DNA from: an uncultured delta proteobacterium
GTDB taxonomy: Bacteria > Bdellovibrionota > FAC87 > UBA2466
Assembly: GCA_963778115.1 (NCBI GenBank)
Contig: CAVZSV010000004.1
Location: forward strand, 2,336,001 to 2,400,000
Direction: 5' to 3'
DNA length: 64,000 nt
The notes under the pieces were generated by a model that saw only the letters and a list, made by a program, of their open reading frames with translations, searched no databases and had not been told where the DNA came from. The position numbers were made by a program, and so were the translations under genes. Shown here piece by piece: positions 38,853 to 48,600 of the stretch (position 1 is the stretch's first letter; each line of letters opens with the position of its first letter).

Positions 38853-40169
38853 ATGAAAACCAAATACGGATTGATTTTTCTATTAACGTTGCTAAGTCCT
38901 CTTGCCGTTAATGCCTCTAGCTCTCTTTTTAGTACCGACGCCAAAGCGGTCTTTAGCCATGCTCAGAAAACCCATCTCCCCGTTCTAATCGATTTCTTTG
39001 GAATATGGTGCCCGCCCTGTAACCAGATGGACGAAACCGTTTTCGATACTCCTGCTTTTGTTCAGAAGGCCGTGAAATTTGAGCTTCTTAAAGTGGATGT
39101 CGATCAGCAGAGTTCGTGGGCCTTAAAGGACAAATACAAAATAGGCGGATATCCCACCCTATTATTTACGGACTACAAAGGAGACGAAATCTATCGCGTC
39201 GTGGGTGCAAGGTCGCCTCAAGAATTTTTCCGTGTCATGGATATGGTCTTAAGTGCTAAAGCCAAGAACTATCGAGAGGCCTGCAAATCTAAAAATACCG
39301 ATGATCTGTGGCGTTGCGCGATGGCTTGTAGCGAGCGCAAAGACGATAAGTGTGCGCAACAGGCTTATCAAAAACTCGAGAAAAAGCTAGAGAAGGGAAG
39401 TGCCCGTTACGAATTGGCCAGGACCTATTTTGTCGAGAATGCGGAGAACAAAGATCTCAAGCGCGATGGTTACGAGCGTTTAATGACGGAATTTCCCGAT
39501 TCCCCGTTAGCACTGATTTGGGGCACTGAATATCTTTCCACGTTTACGGAAGGCCAACCTACGAAAGAGAAAAAGATGCTGCTGGAAAAGGTAGTGGGCT
39601 TTTCTCCCGGGATGATGAAGGATGCGCGGCGAGAAGAGGTAGGGATGGCGGAGACCGACGTACTTGAGCTAAGGGCCGAGATTTTGGGAAGGATCGGAAA
39701 ATTTGACGAATCGAAAGTAGTTTGGAAAGAGGCGGCTGACCGACTAGCGACTCTAACCTCTCAACTCCCGGCGGGAGTGTCGCCTCGCGGCTTTGCGATG
39801 GAGCGGGTGGAGTGCCTGGAGTCAGCCGGAGACGTTAATGCGGCGCTTAAGTTAGCCAACGAATTTCGGTCGCAATACCCCAAAGAGTTTACCTTCCACT
39901 TCTTGGCGGCCAGGGTTCTTCAGGACGCCAAACGTTTTCCCGATGCACTTCCGGTTGCGCAGCAGGCCTTTGATAACTCTTATGGTGATAATCGAATTCG
40001 CGCCGCTACCATGCTACTTGAGCTCTATGCCACGGTGCCCAATAAAGAAGCGGGGCGTAAAATTTACGAAGAGGTCATTAAAGATAAACGGCCCGCCACT
40101 TCGCTCGATGTACGCACCAACCGCTACTTCAAGAAGCTAGACTCCGCCTGGAAGAAACTAAACTCGTAA
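38853..40169 (+). CDS. Secreted thioredoxin-family protein with C-terminal TPR-like helices
   Basis: Signal peptide, PVLIDFFGIWCPPC, cis-Pro GYPT, helical repeat C-terminus. Confidence 0.85.
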   Translation: MKTKYGLIFLLTLLSPLAVNASSSLFSTDAKAVFSHAQKTHLPVLIDFFGIWCPPCNQMDETVFDTPAFVQKAVKFELLKVDVDQQSSWALKDKYKIGGYPTLLFTDYKGDEIYRVVGARSPQEFFRVMDMVLSAKAKNYREACKSKNTDDLWRCAMACSERKDDKCAQQAYQKLEKKLEKGSARYELARTYFVENAENKDLKRDGYERLMTEFPDSPLALIWGTEYLSTFTEGQPTKEKKMLLEKVVGFSPGMMKDARREEVGMAETDVLELRAEILGRIGKFDESKVVWKEAADRLATLTSQLPAGVSPRGFAMERVECLESAGDVNAALKLANEFRSQYPKEFTFHFLAARVLQDAKRFPDALPVAQQAFDNSYGDNRIRAATMLLELYATVPNKEAGRKIYEEVIKDKRPATSLDVRTNRYFKKLDSAWKKLNS

Positions 40170-40238
40170 TCATTCGGCACCAAGCCGGCGACGTCCATAG
40201 ACCCCCTCTAGCGGCGTCATCGCCTGCTAAACTCCTAA

Positions 40239-40281
40239 GGGCGTCACAATTGCTTAACTTTTGCGCGTAATAAGCCGATTA
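40239..40281 (+). promoter_or_regulatory. Tandem putative sigma54 and sigma28 promoters upstream of the histidine kinase
   Basis: GGGCGTCACAATTGCT (GG 40240, GC 40252), immediately followed by TAAC-N15-GCCGATTA (40255-40281). Confidence 0.5.
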
Positions 40282-40298
40282 CGGTTGGGGATCTCCCC

Positions 40299-41948
40299 AT
40301 GGCAAGTACGAGCATGAATAAAGATAAGCAAAATATCTTCTGGGTAACGCGACGCCCCGCCCGATTTGAAGCCCAGCGCTTCGAACGGCTATGCCACTTG
40401 CTGGCCCAGCTTGGCTATCTCGTTTCCTGGATCGAAATCCCCTCATCGCTGCCCGCAGCTGAAGTGAATGACTGGCTTCCCCTAAAACTCGAATCTCCCT
40501 GCTGCGCGATCTTTTTTTGCGACAAAGAAATTGAATGGGCGAAGCCTTTGGTCAGTTTGGTCCGAACCAAAGTAGCGGTGACTAACCGATCGGCGGCCCT
40601 TTTTTGGGTTTATGAAGACGTCGATCACAAGCTTCTTGAGCGGATGCCCGGCGTTGGGTTCAATGATTTTTTTCAGGAGTCCATTCGAGCGCATGAATTA
40701 GCGCTTCGCCTAAAACTTCGCGCTCATGAAGCGGAAGAGCGGCGTAAACAGGATGAAGTGATCAAAGAGCAGATGAACCGAATCGCTAAGAACGAAACGG
40801 TGGTCAAACAGCGCGAAGAATTTTTGGGAGTCTGTGCCCACGATTTGCGATCCCCATTGGGGCTAATCCAATCGAGCGCTTCGATGATCTTGAATGCCCA
40901 TAGTGGGAAACATACGCTCACCGTAAACCAACTTGAATTACTGAGCCGAATCAAGCGACAAGCTTCGCAAGGAATAAAGCTAGTTAACGACTTACTTGAC
41001 GTAATGAGTTTTGAGCAGGGGTTTCAACCTAAATACCAACTGATTTCCCTCGATGGATTTTTAAAAGATTTTCATAAAGACTACTCCCAGCAAGCAATAG
41101 AAAAAAAGATTACCTTTGAATATGAGAATGCGGTTCCTGATTGGAGAGTGATGGCCGATTCGGATCGAATCCGTCAAATTCTGCAAAATCTCTTTGCTAA
41201 CGCCATTAAGTTTACGGAAAGCAAGAAGCACATCTACCTTAGAGTGACCCCTTTTATAGGGCGGAGAAAGTCCGATCCTCCCCATCCTATGGTCATTATT
41301 TCCCTTAGAGACGAAGGAAAAGGGATTCCTCCTCGAGAAATGCAGAGATTGTTTGATCGTTTTTCTCAAATCAAAGATCACTCCACTCCCGAGGGCCGAG
41401 GCTTGGGACTCACTGTAGCAAAACAAATTTCTCAGCTTCACGATGGCAATGTGTGGGTGGAGAGCGAAGAGGGAAAGGGATCTACTTTTCATCTGCTTTT
41501 ACCGCACGTCATCAGCCGCCATGGTAAGAACACCGAAGAAAGGGCGGCTAGAACGAAGCCTTTAATTATCGTCGCCGAACCTTCCGAAGAAAGGCGCGAA
41601 CTTTTCTTTCAAGGCATGGAGGCATGGGGATCTCAGGTGGTTTTTGCCAGAGACGGAGTGGAGGCGGTGGCTTTAACTTTCCACCACCTCCCCGATGCGG
41701 TGATACTCACTCCTGACATCACCCGCTTTCAGGTGGATGATGTGCTTGAGGTCTTAAAAGGGAATAAGCTTACCCAAACGATTCCTGTCTTTTTAGCGGC
41801 TTCAGAGAATGAGGACATCAAAGAGAGATTTGATAACCATCTCTTCGATAGAATCTTGAAATTGCCACTCACCCAAAGCGATTTCGAAACAACTCTCAAG
41901 TCGATCGGAAAAAATATCGCCCCTATATCTTCAAGAAAAGCGGCTTAG
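40299..41948 (+). CDS. Soluble hybrid histidine kinase with degenerate receiver-like domains
   Basis: H box AHDLRSPL, N box QNLFANAIKFT, G1 DEGKGI, F LFDRF, G2 GRGLGL; no TM; C-terminal REC-like domain PDAVILT lacks the phospho-Asp. Confidence 0.9.
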   Translation: MASTSMNKDKQNIFWVTRRPARFEAQRFERLCHLLAQLGYLVSWIEIPSSLPAAEVNDWLPLKLESPCCAIFFCDKEIEWAKPLVSLVRTKVAVTNRSAALFWVYEDVDHKLLERMPGVGFNDFFQESIRAHELALRLKLRAHEAEERRKQDEVIKEQMNRIAKNETVVKQREEFLGVCAHDLRSPLGLIQSSASMILNAHSGKHTLTVNQLELLSRIKRQASQGIKLVNDLLDVMSFEQGFQPKYQLISLDGFLKDFHKDYSQQAIEKKITFEYENAVPDWRVMADSDRIRQILQNLFANAIKFTESKKHIYLRVTPFIGRRKSDPPHPMVIISLRDEGKGIPPREMQRLFDRFSQIKDHSTPEGRGLGLTVAKQISQLHDGNVWVESEEGKGSTFHLLLPHVISRHGKNTEERAARTKPLIIVAEPSEERRELFFQGMEAWGSQVVFARDGVEAVALTFHHLPDAVILTPDITRFQVDDVLEVLKGNKLTQTIPVFLAASENEDIKERFDNHLFDRILKLPLTQSDFETTLKSIGKNIAPISSRKAA

Positions 41949-41970
41949 CCGACTAAAATAGATCAAAAAT

Positions 41971-42216
41971 CTACTGTCGACATCCCGTGGGATAGCAACG
42001 GAACGAATGTGCTTGGCACAGCGACATTGCGGCAGCTTCCGTTTCCGACTTATCGGTACCGGTCGCGGAATAATATTTTCCAGTAACGCTTCTGGCGCTG
42101 CATGTCCAGGTTCCGGTTTCCTTGATTTGGAAAGAGGCTCTTGGTTCGCTGGCGACGGAAGCGGTGACTGCAAAACCTAAGCATAAGGATAACGCAAGAA
42201 ACGACAACGTTTTCAT
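41971..42216 (-). CDS. Small secreted Cys-rich protein
   Basis: Signal peptide; mature part with four Cys (WTCSA...AMSLCQAHSFRCYPTGC). Confidence 0.7.
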   Translation of the reverse strand: MKTLSFLALSLCLGFAVTASVASEPRASFQIKETGTWTCSARSVTGKYYSATGTDKSETEAAAMSLCQAHSFRCYPTGCRQ

Positions 42217-42321
42217 GGGAGGCTCCTCGAATAGGGTTTATTGGTTATTATGGTACAACAAACACAAACGGCGTAAAGACGGGGTGAGCTACTCTTCGGC
42301 CAGAACTTTAGCTAGACGCGA

Positions 42322-42813
42322 CTAGTTCACAGGTTGAATAGCAAGATTTACATTTGAAAAGCCGGACTCTTGGCAGGTTGCAACAATTCGTCGCACGGCT
42401 CCGAAAGGGATTTTCTTATCACCGACTAAATTAATATTGCCCCCTTTTATTGGGAGTGACTTTAGCCAACTTCTTAGAACTTCGATGGAAAAAGGGCCCT
42501 TGGAAATCTCTTTAATGGAAATCAGAGGTTTGTTCTCCGCATATAGCGTGTCCTGGGTGACCTCTAAAGTCGTTGCTTTAGTCGGCGCTTCAGAGAACTT
42601 TCCCTGCGGCAGTGCCACGACGTGTGACATTTGTAGCCACTGCGTTACGGAAGTAGCGCTAGTTAGAAGATAAATAACCAAAATGGCAAACATGTCGACC
42701 ATCGAGGTCAGCGATAAGGAGATCATACGAATCCGGCGCTCTTTGTGCTTTAGACGATCTTTGCGCTGTCGATTGTAATCGCTAATTTTTAGGCGAGCTT
42801 TTCGTAACGGCAT
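42322..42813 (-). CDS. ExbD/TolR family protein (AglS-like)
   Basis: LSLTSMVDMFAILVIYLL TM with conserved Asp; GDKKIPFGAV. Confidence 0.9.
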   Translation of the reverse strand: MPLRKARLKISDYNRQRKDRLKHKERRIRMISLSLTSMVDMFAILVIYLLTSATSVTQWLQMSHVVALPQGKFSEAPTKATTLEVTQDTLYAENKPLISIKEISKGPFSIEVLRSWLKSLPIKGGNINLVGDKKIPFGAVRRIVATCQESGFSNVNLAIQPVN

Positions 42814-42819
42814 ATTGCC

Positions 42820-43278
42820 TCAATTAGTCTTCAGAGCGACTGACCCGAGTCCCCCTGCTTTCACGGTGTCGATCGTTTCAATGACTGCTCCGTAGTCGAC
42901 ATTCTCTTCGCCGGAAATGGCCGCTTCTGTGACGTCTTTCGAAACATTTGCTGAGATCATCGTGTTTAGCAGCGTCTCTTTGTCGTAATGGGACTCTTTG
43001 AGGGGGATGCTTTTGGGAAGAGTTACGTTGGGGGGCCAGGTCAATTCGTAGCCTTGAGCGGTTACGCGAACTTCAAGTCGTTTGCTTTCGGCGGTCGATG
43101 CGATTGGTGCCAGCTTTGACGCTCCTTCCAGTGTCGTCGGGATCACAGATATTTGGGTCCAAACCGCTGTGACGAGCAAGAAAAGAACTAAAGCGCTCAA
43201 TAGGTCGATAAAAGGAACAAGATTGAGTTCGACGTTATTCGTCTTTCCGCGACCACTCTCATTACCAACGCTAGCCAT
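42820..43278 (-). CDS. ExbD/TolR family protein (AglQ-like)
   Basis: ELNLVPFIDLLSALVLFLLVTAVW; VDYGAVIETID. Confidence 0.92.
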   Translation of the reverse strand: MASVGNESGRGKTNNVELNLVPFIDLLSALVLFLLVTAVWTQISVIPTTLEGASKLAPIASTAESKRLEVRVTAQGYELTWPPNVTLPKSIPLKESHYDKETLLNTMISANVSKDVTEAAISGEENVDYGAVIETIDTVKAGGLGSVALKTN

Positions 43279-43280
43279 GA

Positions 43281-43934
43281 CTAGGCTGCCTTTCCCGCAA
43301 CTCCAAAGCGCTCGCGATTGGCCAAGACGAAGTTGAAGGTACGAATGCTAATCTCATTAATATCATCGATAAGTGATTGTGCGCGGCTTTGGAGAATTGA
43401 ATAAAGTAAAACCGCCGGAACTGCCACGATAAGTCCAAAGGCCGTGCAGTTCATGGCTTCAGAGATTCCCTTGGTCAGGGTAGCGGCCTTGGTCGCAGGA
43501 TCGCTACTGGCAATTCCGGCGAAACTTTGAATGAGACCAGTAATCGTTCCTAAAAGGCCCATCAAAGTTGCTACGTTTCCTATGACGGCTAGATATCCAA
43601 TCCTTTTTTCGATCTTGGGAACTTCTATCATGGCCCCTTCATCGAGAGCCGCTTGAATTTCGGCATCGGTCCCGTGATTTACTAGTCTTAGCAAACAGCT
43701 CTTAATCACATTCGACATGGGAGCTTGATTTTGATCGCAGACCAAAAGCATTCCGTTGAAATCACCTTTGAGCAGATAGGTGGTTAGACTCTTGAAAAAG
43801 TGTTCTTTATTCAGATTAACCCGAAAAAAGAGGGTAAAAAATCTCTCCAAAGTAATGGCCACCATGGTGAGTCCCAGTAAGAGAATGGGATACATCATCA
43901 GACCGCCTTCTTGAAAGGAACGATAAATGAACAA
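43281..43934 (-). CDS. MotA/TolQ/ExbB proton channel (AglR-like)
   Basis: GGLMMYP, ATLMGLLGTITGLI, GISEAMNCTAFGL. Confidence 0.94.
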   Translation of the reverse strand: MFIYRSFQEGGLMMYPILLLGLTMVAITLERFFTLFFRVNLNKEHFFKSLTTYLLKGDFNGMLLVCDQNQAPMSNVIKSCLLRLVNHGTDAEIQAALDEGAMIEVPKIEKRIGYLAVIGNVATLMGLLGTITGLIQSFAGIASSDPATKAATLTKGISEAMNCTAFGLIVAVPAVLLYSILQSRAQSLIDDINEISIRTFNFVLANRERFGVAGKAA

Positions 43935-44076
43935 GACTCACCTCCGTGAAATCGGTACAGGGAAAAGAAGATTAGGAAAAACTAAGACAGAAAGTTGCTA
44001 AATGGGCGATGGCTTTGTCGATAAATCTCTGATTCGTGACAAAAACTATTTTATCAGGAACTACACTCCGGAGCTA

Positions 44077-45429
44077 CTACTGGCTATTACCGGTAGATTC
44101 AAAAGAAAAGGGATACTCCACACTGACGCGTCCTGCTTGGGGCTTTGGGAAGCTCCAACTTTTGATCTCGGCTAAGACGCAGTGGTTCACAGTCTCGTTC
44201 TTTAAACTGTCCTCCGTGATGCGGGCGGAAACGACCTGCCCCCATTTTCCAATCATAAATGCCACCGTGATTTTTCCTGCTAGTCCGGGAGAGGAATTGA
44301 GCTGGCGTTCGTAGCATAGCCGAACCCGTTCCTGTCGACGTTTCACCACCGAGTCGATGACATTGCGATCTAACCCCGCTCCATCGCTTCCATTCCCGCC
44401 TCTCGCCAAACCGGTGGAGGAAGCTAATTGGGAATCTCCGCCGATAGCTATTTTGCCGGTTCCCTCAAAACTACCCTGCCCTTGGCCAGAGGTCTGTCCA
44501 ATTCCTTCTGCTCTACTGTCTGCTCCACGGCGCAAACTATCGCTCGAAAAACCCGTAGATCCCGAAGCGCTCGGTACTGCCGCAAGAGCGTCATCACTGT
44601 TTGCCCTTCGGCTCCCCGGGGCAGTTGCTTGCAAAGAAGATAAGCCAGAGACCAGGCTTCCTAAGTTCGTATCTCTTAGCTGCGCCGCGGTGTCTAAAGC
44701 CTTCGGCGGTGCCGGAGGTGCTTTAAATCTCTGGACAGGGGCCGCTTTCTTTTTGGGGGCCGCGTTTGCGGGAGTCACAATTTTTTTTGGCGCTGCTACC
44801 GGTGCTGGGACGGGCGGTGGTTTGACGACGGCGGGAGCGGGTGGTCTGGGGGCTTCATAAGGCAAAATCTTAACGATGCGATCGGCGGGGGGCGCAATCT
44901 GAGACGCCGGGGGCAATTTGTCATGAACAAAAACCATGAGTAAAGCGAGAAGACAAATACTTCCCAAGAGCAAAGCTCCGCTGGGGGTTTCAATGGGTTT
45001 CGACCGTGCGATCGGATGGCGGTAGTGAACCCAGTCGACATAAAAGCTAAGAAATCCGAAAGAGACGTCAATTTCGTCTTCTTGCGTAAATGGGTAGCGC
45101 TGTAGTGCAGCCGTCGAGTTCTCTGAGAGATTTCTCAGTGAGGTGATCTGCTTCCCCCTGCGAATGTGTCCAGCGATGGAAGGGGTAAAAGTGAGCTCCG
45201 CGGTTCCATCCTTTTTAAAGCGGATCATCTCCCATTGTTCCGAGGGAAAAGTTTGGTCGAGATCGGCGATAAAGGAATTTTGGGATCTCTTTCCGACCGT
45301 AATCGTGTCTTTCGGAGAGAAAATGGACGTATCGTATAAGATATCGCCCCAATACATCCGAACTCTCAGTCCCGTTTCGGGGATAGATCGTTGCTTAAAA
45401 TTGTCCAGCGCTTTTGATGATCTGATCAT
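44077..45429 (-). CDS. GltG/PglI-like TonB-family protein (AgmX/PglI C-terminal domain)
   Basis: Cytoplasmic N-domain, single TM, Pro-rich then Gly-rich linker, C-terminal RLCYERQL..PGLAGKITVAFMI...CVLAEIKSWSFPKP; start uncertain. Confidence 0.85.
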   Translation of the reverse strand: MIRSSKALDNFKQRSIPETGLRVRMYWGDILYDTSIFSPKDTITVGKRSQNSFIADLDQTFPSEQWEMIRFKKDGTAELTFTPSIAGHIRRGKQITSLRNLSENSTAALQRYPFTQEDEIDVSFGFLSFYVDWVHYRHPIARSKPIETPSGALLLGSICLLALLMVFVHDKLPPASQIAPPADRIVKILPYEAPRPPAPAVVKPPPVPAPVAAPKKIVTPANAAPKKKAAPVQRFKAPPAPPKALDTAAQLRDTNLGSLVSGLSSLQATAPGSRRANSDDALAAVPSASGSTGFSSDSLRRGADSRAEGIGQTSGQGQGSFEGTGKIAIGGDSQLASSTGLARGGNGSDGAGLDRNVIDSVVKRRQERVRLCYERQLNSSPGLAGKITVAFMIGKWGQVVSARITEDSLKNETVNHCVLAEIKSWSFPKPQAGRVSVEYPFSFESTGNSQ

Positions 45430-45691
45430 TGAAGTCTTCCGGAATTTCTACAATCTGTTCGTTCTGCAGGTTATCTCTTTGATACGTATAGTTTAGCTCG
45501 GGCTTCATAAGGTGTCCTCTGAGCTTCAAGCTAGAAAATTTGTAATTTTGGGCTCCGTTCGCCGAGTTAGGATCCGGGCTCGTTTTATCGGAGCTCTTGG
45601 GATACTTGGTATTCACGTTGGGTTTATCCGCGGAGCAAGTCACGGACACCGAAACCAACACCATCAGAATAGACAGTAAGTAGCGCTTCAT
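45395..45691 (-). CDS. GltF/CglF-like small secreted protein
   Basis: Signal peptide; F..LKLRGHLMKPELNY...IPEDFNDQIIKS resembles the GltF core; located between the TPR gene and gltG; ATGA overlap. Confidence 0.7.
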   Translation of the reverse strand: MKRYLLSILMVLVSVSVTCSADKPNVNTKYPKSSDKTSPDPNSANGAQNYKFSSLKLRGHLMKPELNYTYQRDNLQNEQIVEIPEDFNDQIIKSAGQF

Positions 45692-48600
45692 GACTTGGTC
45701 CACTCTTTCACCATCGTTTTTAGTTGTAAGTTGCTATCAAAGACTCCCGCTTCAAGAGCTTGGGTGAGCGCTTTCATGGCCGGAGTGAAGCGTCCTCCTT
45801 TTAACTGGTAGACGCCAAGATTTGCCCAAGCGTAACTTGCTCCGACCTGGGCAGCGTGTTCAAACACGGAAGCCAGGTTTCTTCCTTCCGGCGTGCCCTC
45901 TTGTAGTACCGCCGACATGTTAAGCAGTCTTCCCGAATTGGGAAACCGGTTTAGAGCGTCCATCACGGTCAAGCGGCAAAGGCCGTACTGCTTCTGCTCG
46001 CATCGGGTGCGCGCCAGTGAGTACCATGAAGCTTCGTCTCCGGGGGTCGATCCCGTGAGATTACTCTTAATGAGGGCAGCTTCTGTTTCGACTACGGGTG
46101 CGGATTCGGCCCAAGGATAGTGTCCACGAAGCACTTCCAGAAAAGCCCTCGCTTTCTGAGCTAGAATCGGGTCCCATTCCCACCCCCAGGTCTGATTGAC
46201 ACGACGAAAATTGGGGCCGTCATGTTCCGCCTCCATGCTCTTTCTGATGCATTCTTCGCCGAGCGACTTTGCCTTGGCGGCAACCGGAGTTGCTATCTTT
46301 CGAATTTCCTTTCGCACGGAATCGGATGCGGTGAATGCAAGTTCATCTAACGATTTGGCATAAGCGTCGTAAAGGAAAGGGACAGCACAGAAAGCTTCAA
46401 AGGCCGTATCTTCGCTTACTTTAGGATCGCTTGATGCCCCGAACAATTCTTTAGAGAGGGCCTCCAGCTTTCTACCACCGGAAGCAATCCTCTCAGGCAG
46501 TGAGCCGCTAGAAGGCAAAGGCGATTTTTGGTACGCCGCTTGCTCTTGAAAAACTCTCTCCCATTGGGGAGGCACCGAGGCAACACCGCGTCCCTCTCTA
46601 AAGTGAAGGCGAGAAAGGCCTCGTTTGGCTTCGACAACACCTCCGGGAGTTGCTCTCGCTGCATTTTGTAAATAGTCATGAAAATAAAGTTCAGCGTCGG
46701 ACCACTTCCCTCCCGCTTCCGAGATGAGTGCGGTGTTTAGGCGCGCTTGCTCAAAAGCCTCCGGAGAGGATTGTCGGTCCGACCGCAACATTTCTAGGAG
46801 CAAGGGATAAGCGGAGACGTAGTCGCCAGCTTCTTGGAGGATTGCGGCTCTCGACCCAGCGATTTGGCTTAGTCCCTCGTAAGAGGGAAAGAGTTGCTCT
46901 AAACGATTGGCTACTTGTAGTGCATCCCACCGGTGATTGACCTTCTGGTATCTCAGAAAAGCATTGTAATAGCTCTTTGCCCAAATCGACTGCATATCGG
47001 GCTCTTTGGTCACGTCTAAGTAGAGGCCTGCAGCGGTGACATCGTCTTTCGTATTCTCCGCCCATAAAAAGAGAGATTCGCGGCGGATCGTTTTTAGATC
47101 ATCGGCATAAGCTTGCATTCCCGGCATCCGACGTGCGGACATCTCTTTTGCCCATTGGTAAGTCGATTCCCAATCCTTTTTCTTGTAGTAGGCGACGCGG
47201 AGATTTTGGAAGGCCTTTTTTGCATAACTGTCGTTAGGATTATAGTCGAAGACGAACTGACTTTCGGTGACTCCCTTAGCGTCTTGATTGTATTTAAAGT
47301 AAATGGCTGATCCCAGGTAAGTGATTGGGCGGATGTATTTAGAGTTGGGATAGGACCCTTTGTAAATAGCGATGTCTTGCAGGATCTCGGCGGCTGGAGC
47401 CGATAAAGTGTTAGTCGTGACTTTTTCCCTGTCATCTATTTTTTCGAGAGCCTGAATGAGATTACGGAGCGATTCTTCGCGCACGGAGGCCTCTAATACG
47501 GCATTAAACCGATTCCAGTGATTTCGAAATGCCGTAACCGCACCCTCGTAGTCGTGGGTCTTCAGTAACAACGAAGCGTGGTGGTACAACGGCCCTTCGG
47601 ATCCGGGCCACGCGGAGAAGGTGGAAAGATATAGTTCGTCTATCTCACCTAGAAACGCTAAGTCTGCCGCTTCCTTTGAATTTTGAAATTCGGCGTGAGC
47701 CGTGGTTACAACCTCCCTCAATACCTTTTCTGTTTTACCTGGAGGTTTTTCTTCAGTAGTGGCTTCTGACAGCTGCGGACGATAATTATCCACAAGCTGT
47801 CTCATCGAAAGCATGACATTAGGCCACTCGCGCAATTTATAGTAACCGGTCACAATAGCGGTGGCATAACTAAGATTGTCGGAATTATTGGGATCCGAAG
47901 TGATTAAATACCGATAAAGTTCAGCCGACTTGTCATATTGACCCGAATTATCTAACTGCTTTGCCAGATCGATAATCCAGGGTGCGGTCTCACCTTTCAT
48001 GAACTTTTGAAAATACTCAGGCGCTTTGTGAGAATCCCCTACTTCCGCATAGATTGAGATCAGATCACGTTTAGCCTCTCGCTGCAAAGCCGATAACGCT
48101 TCCGACTTTTCCCATTGGTCAGACCAAGCTACGGCCTGCTCGAGAGATTGCAGAGCTTTGGGGAAGTCATTTCGTTCATAAGCACACCACCCCAGCTTAT
48201 AGAGTGTGTAGCCTATAAGATTGGAGTCACTAAAACTAAGGATTTTCTTATAGTACCCTTCGGCAATGGCAGTATTACCCTTATCAAAAGCGTCGTCGGC
48301 CAAAATGCGATACGCATCTGCGGTTCTTGAATGGGTAGGGTAGGCCTTCACAAAATTTTGCAGGTCTTGGATGCCAAGATTTTCCTGACCGAGTTTCATC
48401 TCCGCAAACCCGGCAAGGAAAAGAGCTCCCGCATAATTCTTAAATCTAGGAGCATTCTGTACGATGTCTTGGGCGATGCGAAGTGCCCGGCGCTGGTAGC
48501 CTGAAGCTTTTTCATTGTCGGGAGCGGATCCGTTTTTTGCGGCGAGCGTGCTTTCCGCTCCGCTAAGTTCCCAGAGAAGCTCTGCTTGGCGGAATTCTAA

